A stretch of 64,000 bases of DNA from Octopus sinensis (GCF_006345805.1 NC_043006.1:14260001-14324000), one strand, 5' to 3'; counted from the first letter of the stretch, positions 26,712-39,922 are shown. The notes: a model not told the origin generated them from the letters alone. Translations and numbers: made by a program.

Positions 26712-27735
26712 GCCATACTGGTCATGACTTACAGTTTCAACATAATTAACTAGTCAATTACTGAAATACCTAATCTTGACCAGGAAAATACAAAGACCAT
26801 TAACATTGCATAGAATGCACCACCCTAAGGCAGATATAGAATGACTTTACCTGTCAAGAAAAGAGGGTGAACGCGGAATTTTACCACTGGAATTAACAAT
26901 GAAGATTGCCACAATTGGCCTAAACACCTACCTGGAAAACTCTAATGAGTGGATGTTAAAACTTGTCTTAAAGCAAGAAAATAAGAAAACATCATACTCA
27001 GTAATAAAACAGGCAAAGGAATATCTAAGTGAATTCCAAATACAACAAATCCCAGAATTAGATGTACTGGAAAGAAGCACAGAAAAGCTAAGTGTGTATG
27101 AAAACCCAAGCTAAAACTGCTGCCTTAGATATTCTTACTGATAAATGGCAAGAAAATCCTCTAAATGACAAATAACCAAAGAGAGCTAATAATGTCTATG
27201 TTGACAAAGCCTTTACCCATCAAATATAGTGTCTTTTGGCTTAAAATCAAAGCAGAAGAATTTATCATAGCAGCTCAAGATCAATGCCTACCTACAAGGA
27301 GCTACCAGGCCAACATATTAAAGAACAACAGTAGCTCAACACATCATGTATGTAAACAAACAAAATGAAACCATTGATCCTGTTGTCTTCATGTGCAGTC
27401 TTCTTGCACCTACAGAATATTTCAACAGGCATGATAGAGCATAATCAAACCAAATAAGTCTAAAACAGAAACAATTTCTATAAATAGTAGGCACATTAGG
27501 TATAATAAAAAAATATTCAGACAAATACATAACAAAAACACCAGGACTAACAAGTATATACAACATACAAAAAATAGCACTACTGGGCACTGCACACATC
27601 CCACATAGAAAACTCTTTCAATACCATAAAAATAAGAGCATCACATCAAACCACAGCACATACCTAAGGCACACAGAGCTGCACTTGGTAGTGCAGTGAA
27701 AGCACGTGATAAAAATAAGACTACTGAGTAATAAT
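26712..27735 (+). mobile_element. Decayed R4/Dong-like non-LTR retrotransposon, 3' part
   Basis: MHHPKADIE.LYLSRKEG.RG, FIIAAQDQCLPTRSYQANIL, terminal QKIALLGTAHI; ends in a TAA-rich tract. Confidence 0.7.
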
Positions 27736-27994
27736 AAAATATAATAATAATACTTTCTACTATAGACACAAGGCCTGAAACTTTGGGGGAGAGGACTAGT
27801 CAATTACATCAACCCCAGTGCATGGCTGGTATTTATTTCATCAAAAGGATGAAAGGCAAAGTCAATCTCAGTGGAGTTTGAACTCAGAACATAAAGACGG
27901 ACGAAATGCTGTTTAGCCTTTCATCCGACATGCTAACGATTCTGCCAGCTTGCCACCTTAATAATGATAATGATAATAACAATAATAATAATGA

Positions 27995-28960
27995 GGATGA
28001 TTTCATTTATTTGCCACCAGGGCAAAGGATGAGGGGGACAATACAAAGACTGACATAAAATGTTGGGGTTTACATATAATGAAATGACAAAATAATTTTT
28101 AAAAAAACAAAAATTGTAAGTATACACAGTCTATAATGAAAAGGAAGGGACATATACATAGTATACAAAGGGCTTTAAAAAAGGGTGGGGGAATGATAGG
28201 GATGTATCCCTCCTGATACAGGAGGACCTTGGGATAATCGAGGAACCCCACTGTCCGAGATTTCCCTGAACACCAAGAACAAGTGCCCTCTCCAATTCCT
28301 TCTTTCCGACTTACAGGTCTACCCTGAGAGCGGTACCATCCACTCTTGCTGTTTTTGCAACTTTCACCCAACTTTCAATAAACTCACTCGAGGACAGAAC
28401 TTCCTTTTCTACTCTCAATTTCCTTTTCAAGTGAAATTTGAAGAAGTCAATGAGAGCTCTACCAAAGAGGAATGTTTCTGTCCTCATACCTTTCAGCCTT
28501 GTCCACTAAACAACCTGTTTCACCACAGCCACCAGGTAAAGGAAAACTGCCTTGCCTGTCCAGCTAAAGGAGGACAGTGGGGCAATCATCACTACAGACT
28601 CAGCTAATAGAGAGATCTGTTCCACATGTGACAGCAGTTGTTTGACTCAACTCCACAAGTCAGCAATGCCTGTACACTGAATGAGTGAATACAGAACGGT
28701 TTCATCACTCTGTATGCAACCCAGACAAGCCCATCTGACAGCACATCCATGCCTATAGAGTTCGTCTCAAACCAGTAGCATCATCCAGTAGCACTGCCAG
28801 GCCAAGGTCATCTGGAAATTATCCATTATAGTTCCTAACCGGAAAATCCTCTGGAACAGACAAGGCAGTTTGATTTTGTTGATGTCCAGAGTCTTCACGA
28901 GAATATCATCACACTTCCCTGCCACTAAACCACTATAAATTTCTATATAATAACAATAAT
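27995..28960 (-). mobile_element. Decayed Tx1/L1-clade LINE 3' fragment (C-terminal cysteine-rich region plus 3' UTR)
   Basis: Minus-strand LAWQCY..LV.DELYRHG..AC..C..DETVL..LIQC..IADLW and FHLKRKLRVER; flanked by (TAA)n on both sides. Confidence 0.6.
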
Positions 28961-29109
28961 AATAATAATGATAATAATAATAATAATAATAATAATATAA
29001 TAATAATAATAATACAGAATGCAAAGACCTGGGAGAAAGGACAAACACCTTTTTCTGATGCTCTAATGATACTTGGAAATAATAATAAAAAAAAAAAATT
29101 TTTTTTTTA

Positions 29110-29333
29110 AATAATAAAAAAAATATTCAGACAAATACATAACAAAAACACCAGGTCTTACAAACACATATAACATACAGAAAATTGCACTACTAGGCAC
29201 TGCACACATCCTATGCAGAATACTTTCCATACAATAAACATCAGAGCACCACAACAAATCACAGCACATACCCAAGGCACACAGAGCTGCGCTCGGTAGT
29301 GAAGTGAAAGCACGCTATAAAAAAATAAAACTA

Positions 29334-29345
<12 letters not shown>
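29110..29345 (+). mobile_element. Second 3' tail of the same R4/Dong-like element
   Basis: Near copy of about 27505-27735 (MQKIALLGTAHIL), followed by (TAA)n. Confidence 0.7.
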
Positions 29346-29371
<26 letters not shown>

Positions 29372-29639
29372 TTTCAAATTTTTGCCACAAGGGCAGCTTG
29401 GAGGAGGGAGTTAAATCAATTATATCAACACCAGGGCATAACTGGTACTTATTTAATTGACCCTGAGAGGATGAAAAGCAAAGTCGGTTTCAGCGGAATT
29501 TCAACTCAGAATGTAGCGGCAGACGAAATACTGCTAAGGATACTTAGGAGGGTTCTTGGCATCTAGGGCTAACTTGTTGTAGCCTGATGTTAGGAATTTT
29601 TCTTTTCCAACAGTCTAATCTATTAAGCGTATATGAAAT

Positions 29640-29686
29640 AGGAATAATGATAATAATAATAGAAGACGGAGGAGAAGGAGGACAAC

Positions 29687-29719
<33 letters not shown>

Positions 29720-30180
29720 TGAGGAGGAGGAGGAGGAGGGGTGGAAGGGGGAGGAGGAGGAGGACGATAATAATAATAATAATAATAATAATAAAATAAT
29801 AATAATAGAGAAGATAAGAAAAGAAAAAGAAGAAGAAGAAGAAGAAGAAGAAGAAAACAAGAAAAAGAAGAAAAAGAGAAGAAAAGAAAAAAGAAGAAGA
29901 AGAAAAAAAGAAGAAAAAAGAAGAAGAAGAAGAAGAAGAAGAAGAAAAAAAAAAAGAAAAGAAGAAGAGAAAAAGAAGAAGAAGAAAAAGAGAAGAAGAA
30001 GAAGAAGAAGAGAAAAAGAAGGAAAGAAGAAAAAGAAGAAGAAGAAGAAGAAGAAAGAGAAGAAGACAAAAAGAAGAAGAAGAAAAAAAGAAAAGAAGAA
30101 GAAGAAGAAAAAGAGAAGAACGGAAGAAGAAGAACAACAACAACACACAACAACAACAACAACAACAACAATTTAATAAT
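29640..30180. repeat. Compound trinucleotide and purine-rich microsatellite (TAA, TAG, GAG, GAA, CAA)
   Basis: Directly visible; it generates the low-complexity ORFs in the track. Confidence 0.95.
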
Positions 30181-30312
30181 GATGGAAAGTAGAGAAGGAA
30201 CACAGCAGAGATATTCAGGTCACCCGATACACAAATGGATATACACGGGACCCAGAACTGAAATATCACAACTCATTTAACTCATTTAACTCATTTAACG
30301 AAATAAATTTTA

Positions 30313-32279
30313 TAAATTTAGATAAGGATGAAGATAAAGGCTAAGGAAATAAGCCGTTTCAAATCTATCTTAAAATATGAAAATATAACTGAAATACAAA
30401 ATTCTTTCAATGAAACGTTTAGATATTGTTGGCATCATTCTTGAAAATATAACACAAGTACAAAATTATTTCAATAAAATATTCAGATGTTGTTGGTATT
30501 GTTGTTGTAGTTTAGTTCTTAACCCTTTAGTATTTAAACCGGCCATATCCGGCCAAAATAGTTAATCTGTTTTATGTTCAAACTGACCAGATCCAGTCTC
30601 TCACACCTACCCTACAATGTTATTCTACATTAAGTAATTACACCATCAAGATCTTGAAGATATGAGATAATTCATGATTAATTCAAATCAATGGGAATCA
30701 ATAAGCATTACGTTTGATAGAATAATCTGAACACTAAAGGGTTAAGTCAGCCCTACTTGAGCAAGCCTTATAATCAACTGCATTATATTATGACCATCCG
30801 GTGGCGAGCTGGCAGAATTGTTAGCACGCCAGGTGAAATGCTTAGCGGTATTTCGTCTGCCGTTATGTTCTGAGTTCAAATTCCGCCGAGGCAACTTTGC
30901 CTTTCATCCTTTCGTGGTCGATAAATAAAGTACCAGTTTCGCACTGGGGTCGATATGATCGACTTAATCCGTTTGTCTGTCCTTGTTTGTCCCCTCTATG
31001 TTTAGCCCCTTGTGGGCAATAAAGAAATGTATATTATGACCATCCAGTCTTTATTACAGGCATAGTAAATGCAGAAAGAACAACATTAACCAATGTACCC
31101 TTTCATTTTTTAATCCTTTTGATACCAGTCTGTTAGAGATTACCCTTGGTCCTGTGACACAAACTTCCTGTTTTAACCCTTTAGTGTTTAATCCGAAGGC
31201 ACGTGGCTTAGTGGTTAGGGCATTCAGCTCATGATCGTAAGGTCGAGAGTTCAATTCCCGGCGATGCATTATGTCCTTGAGCAAGACACTTTATTTCACG
31301 TTGCTCCAGTGCACTCAGCTGGCAAAAATGAGTAGTACCTGTATTTCGAAGGGCCAGCCTTGTCACACTCTGTGTCATGCTGAATCTCCACAAGAACTAC
31401 GTTAAGGGTACACGTGTTTGTGGAGTGCTCAGCCACTTGCACGTTATTTCACGAGCAAAGCTGTTCCGTTGATCGTATCAGCTGGGACCCCCGTCATCGC
31501 AACCGACAGAGTGCTCCCTTTTTTTTTTGTTTAATTTGGCCATATCTAGCCAAAATATTCTACCTGTTTTATGTTAAAACTGACCAGATCCAACCTCTCA
31601 CACATACCATGAAATGTTATTCTAAAGATATTGAAATCTTGAAGCCACAAGATAATGTGTGCTTAATTCAAAACAATGTGAATACATAATATATATTTCT
31701 TTACTACCCACAAGGGGCTAAACACAGAGAGGACAAACAAGGACAGACATAGGTATTAAGTCGATTATATCAACCCCAGTGTGTCACTGGTACTTAATTT
31801 ATCGACCCTGAAAGGATGAAAGGCAAAGTCGACCTTTGCTTTTCATCCTCAGCGGAATTTGAACTCAGAACGCAGCGGCAGACGAAATACCACAAAGCAT
31901 TTCGCCCGGCGTGCAAACGTTTCTGCCAGCTCAAATACATAATATAAGCAATATATTTGACCAAGAAATCTGAATGCTAAATGGGTAATTTTTTGCCAAT
32001 CCTGTGCATCACAATGTTATAAGCAGAACATATTTCTCTGGTGTTTATGCATCATACATTTTACACATTCCCCAGTTATTTTGGCCAACACCAAAATAAC
32101 TTGGGACATATGAAAGGAAAGCGTTATGTTGTTCAGGCCATTGAAACAAGGGTTAAACTAAAAGTATAAAGACAAACGTCAACGCTTGGGACAAACTTGT
32201 AAAAATGCTTTGGACAGGCAAAAAGGTTGAAGTAACCAAAATTAAAACTTATTATTTAATGATAATAATAATAGTAATT

Positions 32280-32339
<60 letters not shown>

Positions 32340-32360
32340 GAAGAAGAAGAAGAAAGAGAA
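30313..32360. repeat. Right arm of the large inverted duplication
   Basis: Shares the same SINE insertions as the left arm, including a private internal duplication gaggatgaaaagcaaaggtcgac; lacks the Helitron and the CR1 element. Confidence 0.9.
30523..30741. mobile_element. piggyBac-like MITE with TTAA TSD
   Basis: TTAA|CCCTTTAGT..ACTAAAGGG|TTAA; the paralogous arm has a single empty TTAA site (gctgacttaagaactaaac, about 26480-26498). Confidence 0.85.
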
Positions 32361-32625
32361 GAAGAAGAAGACGAAGAAGAGAAGAAGAAAAAGAAGAAGA
32401 AGAAAAAAAAGAAAAAAAAAACGAAAAAAAGAAGAAGAAAAGAAAGAAAAAGAAGAAGAAAAAGAGAACAAGAAAAGAAGAAGAAGAAGAAGAAGTAAGA
32501 AGAAAAAGAAGAAGAAAAAGAAGAAGAAAAAAAAGAAGAAGAAAAGGAAGAAGAAGAACAACAACAACAACAATAACAACAACAACAACAATAACAACAA
32601 CAACAACAGCAACAACAACATAATG
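32262..32625. repeat. Compound (TAA)n-(GAA)n-(CAA)n microsatellite
   Basis: Directly visible; its inverted counterpart (TTC)n(TAT)n is at 22081-22190. Confidence 0.95.
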
Positions 32626-33469
32626 ACAAAGACATTTTACTAAATTCTTGATTACTTTTTTAACCAATTGAAAAAAATAATAAGTTTGTGTTTTTCAATA
32701 AAGATTTGGTAACAAAAAGGTAAAGATGAGATGGTAAAGTGCAATTTGAGAGAGGTTTGGCAGTTATTTCTAGAAGGTTGAGCAACTGCATAGCAGCCTT
32801 CTCTTGTTGTTTTTGGAATTGTTGGATTTTAGGTATATTTTCATTTTTAAAGTATGCTACAAAGTACATGGTTTTCATTTTTACCATTTCAAAATTTAAC
32901 ATTGTTGAAAATTAAAAGAAGGAATTAATATAAGCTGAGAAAATTCAGGAATTAAAATCTTAAAACGTGAAATACAGTTGGTAGGGGAAAAAAATATATA
33001 GCAGCTTACCATTTTTAAATATCAAAGAAATAAAACGGGGGGTGGGGGTGCAGTGGGGGGAGGCAAAAAAAATCATTACTTAGTTCTATAAATAAATGAA
33101 GAAATTTGTCAATATTCTTAGCAAGAATTTCTTCGCAAATACAAATATTCCAAATTGATATTTTGAGAGGATAAAATTTTTGTAAAATATAAAACAAGAT
33201 TTGGAATATTTATAACAAAGAATTTTTTCCATACAAAGGAAGATTTTAACCTAATATTTATATGCTATTGTTTATAGATTTGTCATCTGCTTTGAGATCC
33301 ACTGTTCCAAAAGAAAGAATTATATACATACACACGTACACACATACATACATACATATACATAAACACATATATGCATATACACATACATATATATATT
33401 TATATATATGCGTATATAGGCATCTGTATAAACATATACATATAAACATGTATATATATGCATATATTT

Positions 33470-33536
<67 letters not shown>

Positions 33537-34225
33537 CAGACATGTTGGGGCAAGCGAAATCGAAATCGAATTGAACCAGCCAGGATCCCTGGTCTGGTGG
33601 TACGTAAAAAGCACTATCCGACTCGTGGCCGTGGCACGTAAAATACTCCAATGCGACCGTACGACAGGCACCCTTGCCAACCCCCTTTGTTTGTGAAGAC
33701 ATGTTGGGCAAGCGAAATCGAAATCGAATTGAACCAGCCAGGATCCCTGGTCTGGTGGTACGTAAAAAGCACTATCCGACTCGTGGCCGATGCCAGCACC
33801 GCCTCGACTGGCTTCCGTGCCGGTGGCACATAAAATACACCAATCTGACCGTGGCCGTTGCCAGCCCCGCCTGGCACCTGTGCAGGTGGCACGTAAAAAG
33901 CACCCACTACACTCACGAGTGGTTGGCGTTAGGAAGGGCATCCAGCTGTAGAAACATTGCCAAATTAGACTGGAGCCTGGTGCAGCCTTCTGGCTTCCCA
34001 GAACCCCGGTCGAACCGTCCAACCCATGCTAGCATGGAGAACGGACGTTAAACGACGATGATGATGATGATGATACATATATATATATTTATACACACAC
34101 ATACGCACACATATATATACATATCTATATGCACATATATATACATATATGTATATATACATAAATATATATGTACATATATATAAACATATATACATAT
34201 ATGAGTGTGTACATGCATATATACA

Positions 34226-34261
<36 letters not shown>

Positions 34262-34273
34262 TATATATATGGT

Positions 34274-34309
<36 letters not shown>

Positions 34310-34508
34310 GCACACACATGTGTGTGTCTATGCGTATGTATGTACAAAAAAGATATAATATTTAAAAGAGCAAAAACTTGGAATAAATAAACAAATGGTT
34401 TCAACAGTATCATCATCATCATCATCATCATCATTAACAGAAACAACAACAGCAACAACAACATCAATAACAACAACAACAACAGTGCAAACAACATAGT
34501 TTCTTTAC

Positions 34509-34577
34509 CTCAGTGTTTTTTTCTCCCACAATGAGATCAATTGCTTCTTCAGAGCTGGATTGATGACAGAGAGCCAT
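34509..34577 (-). CDS. Candidate first coding exon of an unidentified gene (MALCHQSSSEEAIDLIVGEKNTE)
   Basis: gtcATGG start context, 23 open codons, donor GAG|gtaaag, in a non-repetitive island; no homology recognised. Confidence 0.3.
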
Positions 34578-35469
34578 GACAAAAGTGAAAGTAGATTAAT
34601 GGTGGTGGGGGAGGGGGAATAAAATAAGATAGATGCGAAAAAATATATATATATATATCCTTCATTCCTCCTGCCGACAATTGAGCGTTGAGTTGTTTAT
34701 TTCTGTGAGTGAAGAATCAGGGAAGTTGACTTTGGATTTCAACTCTTGTTGTGTTTGTTTGTTCTCCATGATAGGAAAAGTAATTAAACGGTAAAGGAAG
34801 CGTTGTTTGTGTGTTCTTTCATTATAGAAATAAAGGCTGCTGTAAATCTGTTAAATAATGGGTTGAGAGAATGATCTACCGATTCCATTTAGAGGAGTTG
34901 ACTACAGACCGAAACCCCCCTGCAAAAAAAGACAGACTGTTCCAGTTGTGTTCCTGCCACTTACATACTGGATTTTAAAATGGATTTCATTGGAGCCTAC
35001 CTGCTTTATGTTTTATTTACTTTTTTTATTTTATGTTCCATTATTTTTATATTTTTATTTTCGTGTTGTTTTATTTGTTTTTTTTTGTTTTTGTTTTTTT
35101 TTTTTTATTCAGCAACCAGTTCTGTCTTGGAAATAATTGACATGAATTGATTAAGTCGGTGTTATGAAGTTAGCTGTGAAGCAAATGTATCTGTGAGTGT
35201 GAAAGCAGCTTCAAGAATGAGATGTACACACACACACACACACTGATAAGAAAATAACAGCATGTCTGATAGTATTAACTGATGGTGTGCATGTGTGTGT
35301 GTGTACGTGTGCATGCGTGTGTGTACGTGTGCATGTGTATGTGTGTGTGTGTGTGTGTGTGTCACATATTTGATCGTGTGGGATTTTACAACTATGATCT
35401 GTGACAGCTGGGCTAACCAATGTTTTGCGAGTAGATTTGGTAGACAGAAAGTGAAAGCAGCCCATTGCG

Positions 35470-35514
<45 letters not shown>

Positions 35515-36363
35515 GTGTGTGTGTAGATACATATATATATATATCATCATCATCATCATCATTTAACGTCCGTTTTCCATGCTAGCATGGGTTGGACGAT
35601 TCAACTGGGGTCTGGGGAGCCCGAAGGCTGCACCAGGCCAGTCAGATCTGGCAATGTTTCTACAGCTGTATGCCCTTCCTAACGCCAACCACTCCAAGAG
35701 TGTAGTGGGTGCTTTTACGTGCTACTGGCACAAGGGCCAGTCTGGCAGTACTGGCAACAGCCACGCTAGAAATGGTGTTTTTTATGTGCCACCTGCACAG
35801 GAGCCTGTCCAGCGGCACTGACAATGACCTCGCTCGAATGTTTTATTCACGTGCCACCGGCACAAGTGCCAGTAAGGCGACGCTGGTAACGATCACGCTC
35901 AAATGGTGCTTTTTACATGCCACCGGTACGGAAGCCAGACAGCTGCTCTGGCAATGATCCCGCTCAGATAGAGCTGTTAACGCTCCACTGGCACAGGTTC
36001 TAGTCATCGAATTTGGTTCAATTTCGATTTCACTTGCCCCAACGGGTCTTTGCAAGCAGAGTTTAGTGTCCAATGAAGGAAGGTTGGTATAGGTGCCAGT
36101 TGTCGAATTTGGTTCAATTTCGAATTCAATTTCGATTTCACTTGCCTCAACAGGTCTTCACAAGCAGAGTTTTGTGTCCAAAGAAGGAAAGGTACGCATA
36201 AGTGGGCTGGCTACACCCCTGGTAAAGGTCACGGGTTATGGTCTCACTTGTCTTGCCGGGTCTTCTCACGCACAACATATTTCCAAAGGTCTCAGTCACT
36301 AGTCATTGCCTTGGTGATATATATATATATATATAAATACATATACATATATATATATATATA

Positions 36364-36850
36364 CTAGCAGTATAGCCTGGCATTGCCTGGGATTAAGTTG
36401 GGATTATTAAGCTAATCAAGTGCTTTGTTTCAAACTAAACTAAGTAACACCGACATCAAATTTGAGCGAAATCTGTCGAAATTGGTAAACGTTTGGCTGA
36501 AAATGGGTTGCAGACAATTTGATTGGGAAATCCCATAAGGAATCGGTTTACTGATTTTTCCACTCATCAATTGTTTTTTTTTTTTTTGGAGAACTTAAAG
36601 CATTCAAAGATCCCATGAGTCCTAAGTAACACCGGCATCAAGTTTGAACAAAATACATCAAAATTGGTCAAAGTTATGGTTGAAAATGGGGTGTAGCCAA
36701 TTTTAGTGAGAAATCCTATAAGGAATCGGTTTATCAATTTTTCATCCTGAATAAATGGAAAACCCCATAAGGAATCAGTTTATTGATTTTTCACCCCAAA
36801 TAGGACTTAACCGAACACAACATTGCTGATTCAGAAAATCTATATTTATA
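36364..36850 (-). mobile_element. Non-autonomous Helitron with internal sub-repeats
   Basis: Plus-strand a|ctagcag..cctggcattgcctggg (degenerate 3' hairpin); cccataaggaatc-type sub-repeat seen three times. Confidence 0.55.
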
Positions 36851-36854
36851 CTTT

Positions 36855-37915
36855 AAAGTTGGTTTTCACATCCAACCCAGTTCTGCAGAAGTAGTGTCGT
36901 GAATCCAGCATTACTGAGGCAGAGTCTTGCAGAGACACTGCATGTCAGCGTCATAGGAAGACCCTTACCGTCTGGAAGTGCCATAGCGATGCCCTTCCTG
37001 ACATCCCTCCTCACTTTCTCATGCGCAACTTGAGATTTCTCAAAAGTAGCTGTCCCCTCATGCGCAATCCTTCTCCACCTGCTATGGTCAGTAGCTATGC
37101 CTTCCCATGCGTCAGGAGAGATGCAAGCATCTCTCAAGGAAGCTTTCAGCAAGTCCTTATACCTCTTTTTTGGTTTATGTGGAGGTCATTCTCTTTTAGC
37201 TAACTCTTCATAAAAGAGTTCTTTTGGCATCCTTGAATCTTTCATCCTGACCAGATTACTACTCCATCTGAGCCTTTGCTTCAACACAAGAGCTTCTATA
37301 CTTTCACACCGAGAGCTTTCCAGTATCTCAAGATCACTGATGCGGTCCTCCCTTTTAATACCATAGATCCGTCTGAGACACATCTGATGGAAACGTTCCA
37401 GTTGTTTAAGGTGGTATCGATATGTGACACATGTTTCACAGACATAGAGAAGAGAAGGGAGCACACATGCCTTGTACACCTTTATCTTTGTCTTTCTGCA
37501 TATGTCTCGCCGACTCCAGAGGTGCCTTTCTAGCCTTCCGAAAGCATCACTTGCTTTCCTAATTCTGTATGAAATTTCATTATCCAAATTGCTATATCTA
37601 TTAACAGTGCTTCCCAGGTAGACAAACTGACCAACTACACCAAGTCGTTTACCATACACATAGATATTTGGTTCACTATTCTGCTTACCAGGGGCAGGTT
37701 GGTACATGACAACAGTTTTCTTGAGATTGACTGTCAATCCTAAGGCAGTGCAAGTATCAGAGAATGCATTCAAAATGTATCAATCTCTGTGCGCTACTAA
37801 ATCACAGGCATCTGCATACAAAAGGTCTCTTATGATAGAGGTAAATACCTTTGTTTTTGCAGCAAAATGCCTGATATTAAATATGCTGCCAGGGGTTCGA
37901 TAATGGATGTAAACA
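36855..37915 (-). mobile_element. RTE-clade (BovB-like) LINE, 3' part of ORF, decayed
   Basis: ORF 37186..37773: LGLTVNLKKT, FVYLGS, EISYRIRKASDAFGRL, TKIKVYKACVLPSLLY.CE, LERFHQMCLRRI, RLRW..VRM..RMPK; then WE..A.D.SRWR. Confidence 0.9.
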
Positions 37916-37936
37916 CCATATCTACATATATATATA

Positions 37937-38140
37937 TACTTTATTTAAAAGCAGCAGAAATTCAACAAAACCTGTTACTTTTAACAAAACTGTCCGACGA
38001 ATGGGAACGTGAAACTCCGAGTAACAGGTTTTGTTGAATTTCTGCTGCTTTTAAATAAAGCATATTACTCTACCCCTGGTATTTGAGTACTCTTTTTTTC
38101 CATCTTGTTTCACATTTATGTGTTTACTCCGATGTGTATA
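37937..38140 (+). mobile_element. Penelope-like pLTR remnant with inverted tail and a hammerhead-like motif (related truncated copy at about 47625-47750)
   Basis: About 44-bp inverted repeat 37937-37980 vs 38019-38062; motif CUGU-CCGACGA-AUG GGAA CGU-GAAA-CUCCGAG-UA-ACAG at 37990-38027. Confidence 0.6.
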
Positions 38141-38689
38141 TATATATATCAAAAAGATGTGTTATAATGCTATTCCACAGATACAAAAACAGCCGTACCA
38201 ACAATCCAACATACCTCTATCAACTGCCCCACAGATATCATTATGGTTTCGACATCTGAGCAGTACCATTCAATCCAACAGTGTCAACAGCACTAAAATA
38301 AGTGTTGTTTGGGAACAAGCATGCCAGAGAAACTTAACAGTTCGGCAAAAGAGACCCATAGAATAAGTACTAGGCTTACAAAGAATAAGTCCTGGGGTCG
38401 ATTTGCTTGACTTAAGGCGGTGCTCCAGCATGGCTGCAGTCAAATGACTGAAACAAGTAAAAGAGTAAAAAAGAGTAATCTTGTCATCAAAAATGTGTTT
38501 TATGTAAATGTGGTTTAGTGAGAGGATCGGTCCAACAAGGAATTTAATCAAATAATGGCACTAGACTTTTCTTTGGCATTAAACAATTGCAAAATAAATA
38601 TTGTAAGCGTTTATCATATCAATGGGTTAATGTCATCCAAGAAGACATGCAACAGAATGACATGAATAAATGAGGAAAGAGTGGGTGTG

Positions 38690-39070
38690 AGAGAGAGAGA
38701 GAGAGTGAGAGAGAGAGACAGAGAGACAGAGACAGTGACAGACTGACAGGAGGAATAGACAGAGACAAGACAGAGTGGGAAAGAGAAAGAATGAGACAGA
38801 TAGAGAGGGGGAACAGACAGACGGACAGACGGACAGATAGACAGACAGACAGATGGACAGATAGACAGACGGACAGACGGACAGATAGACAGACGGACAG
38901 ACGGACATATAGACAGTCATACAGACAGGAGGAATAGACAGAGACAAGACAGAGTGGGAAAGAGAAAGAATGAGATAGATAGAGAGGGGAACAGACAGAC
39001 AGACGGACAGATAGACAGATAGACAGACAGACGGACAGACAGATAGACAGACAGACAGGCGGACAGACAG
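38690..39070. repeat. (GA)/(GACA)n compound repeat with an internal tandem duplication of about 179 bp
   Basis: gacaggaggaatagacagagacaagacagagtggg at 38745 and 38924. Confidence 0.85.
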
Positions 39071-39922
39071 AGATCAGAATTCACAGCCATATAGAAAAGC
39101 ATACTTAGAAAGACAACACAAAAAATACTTTCGACAAAGCAACAATTGAATAAAGTACAAAGAAACTTGATTAATTTGCCAATTCTTGAATAACAAAATA
39201 CAGAACTACAAATACTGGAGTGAGTTCCATTATTCAGTAGAGACCAAAGAATATCAGGAATCCTTAAAAGAGACTCGAGACAGTTGATCTGGAACAAAAT
39301 CAGAAACTAATCAGGACATTTGTGAATAGAAGTGAATAAATTCTATAATTCTATTTTTAATTGACATATAAAATGAATAATATACTCCGTCTGCAACCCC
39401 ACTTTACACACACCCACACACCCACACGCACACACAGACACCCGCATTGAGTTAACCCTTTCGCAGGTAGAACTACATTTTGGTCATGTTTGTCACAGAT
39501 CAATGTAAAGCATTCTCATTTTGGCTGATTGTTGAGTATTAAAGATTGTTAATGTACCGTAAATCCAACCCATGCCAGCAGAGAAAATGGACATCAAATG
39601 ATGATGATGATGATGATGATGATGGTAGTTGTGGTACATATTTATAATCATTATTATTATTTCAATGTCCCCTTTTCTACACCTACATGTTTCGAGCATT
39701 TTGATTGGGTTTTGGATAGAAAATTCACAAAAAAGTCACTTCTATTGATTTTTTAATGGCTTTGCGGGGTGACTGGGGAAATGTAAAGATGTGCACGACC
39801 ACCCTTGGACGGTTTTGAATGACCATAGAAAGTGTGAGCCCTCTAACTGAAAAATTGTGGATTTGTATAAAGGACACACACACACAGACAGACATTTTGC
39901 CGTTTATATATAGAGAGATTAA

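Noticed and set aside
29544-32667. Long poly-F/S/L/K/I ORFs in the ORF track
   Set aside because: They are translations of trinucleotide microsatellites, which lack stops in several frames.
32660-32902. 80-aa ORF with a coiled-coil-looking stretch
   Set aside because: No recognisable family and no convincing splice boundaries.
33262-34497. YI/HT/CV-rich ORFs and MDGSTG..-type ORFs that recur across the window
   Set aside because: They derive from (TA)n and (CA)n repeats and from SINE or retroposon consensus sequence, not from genes.
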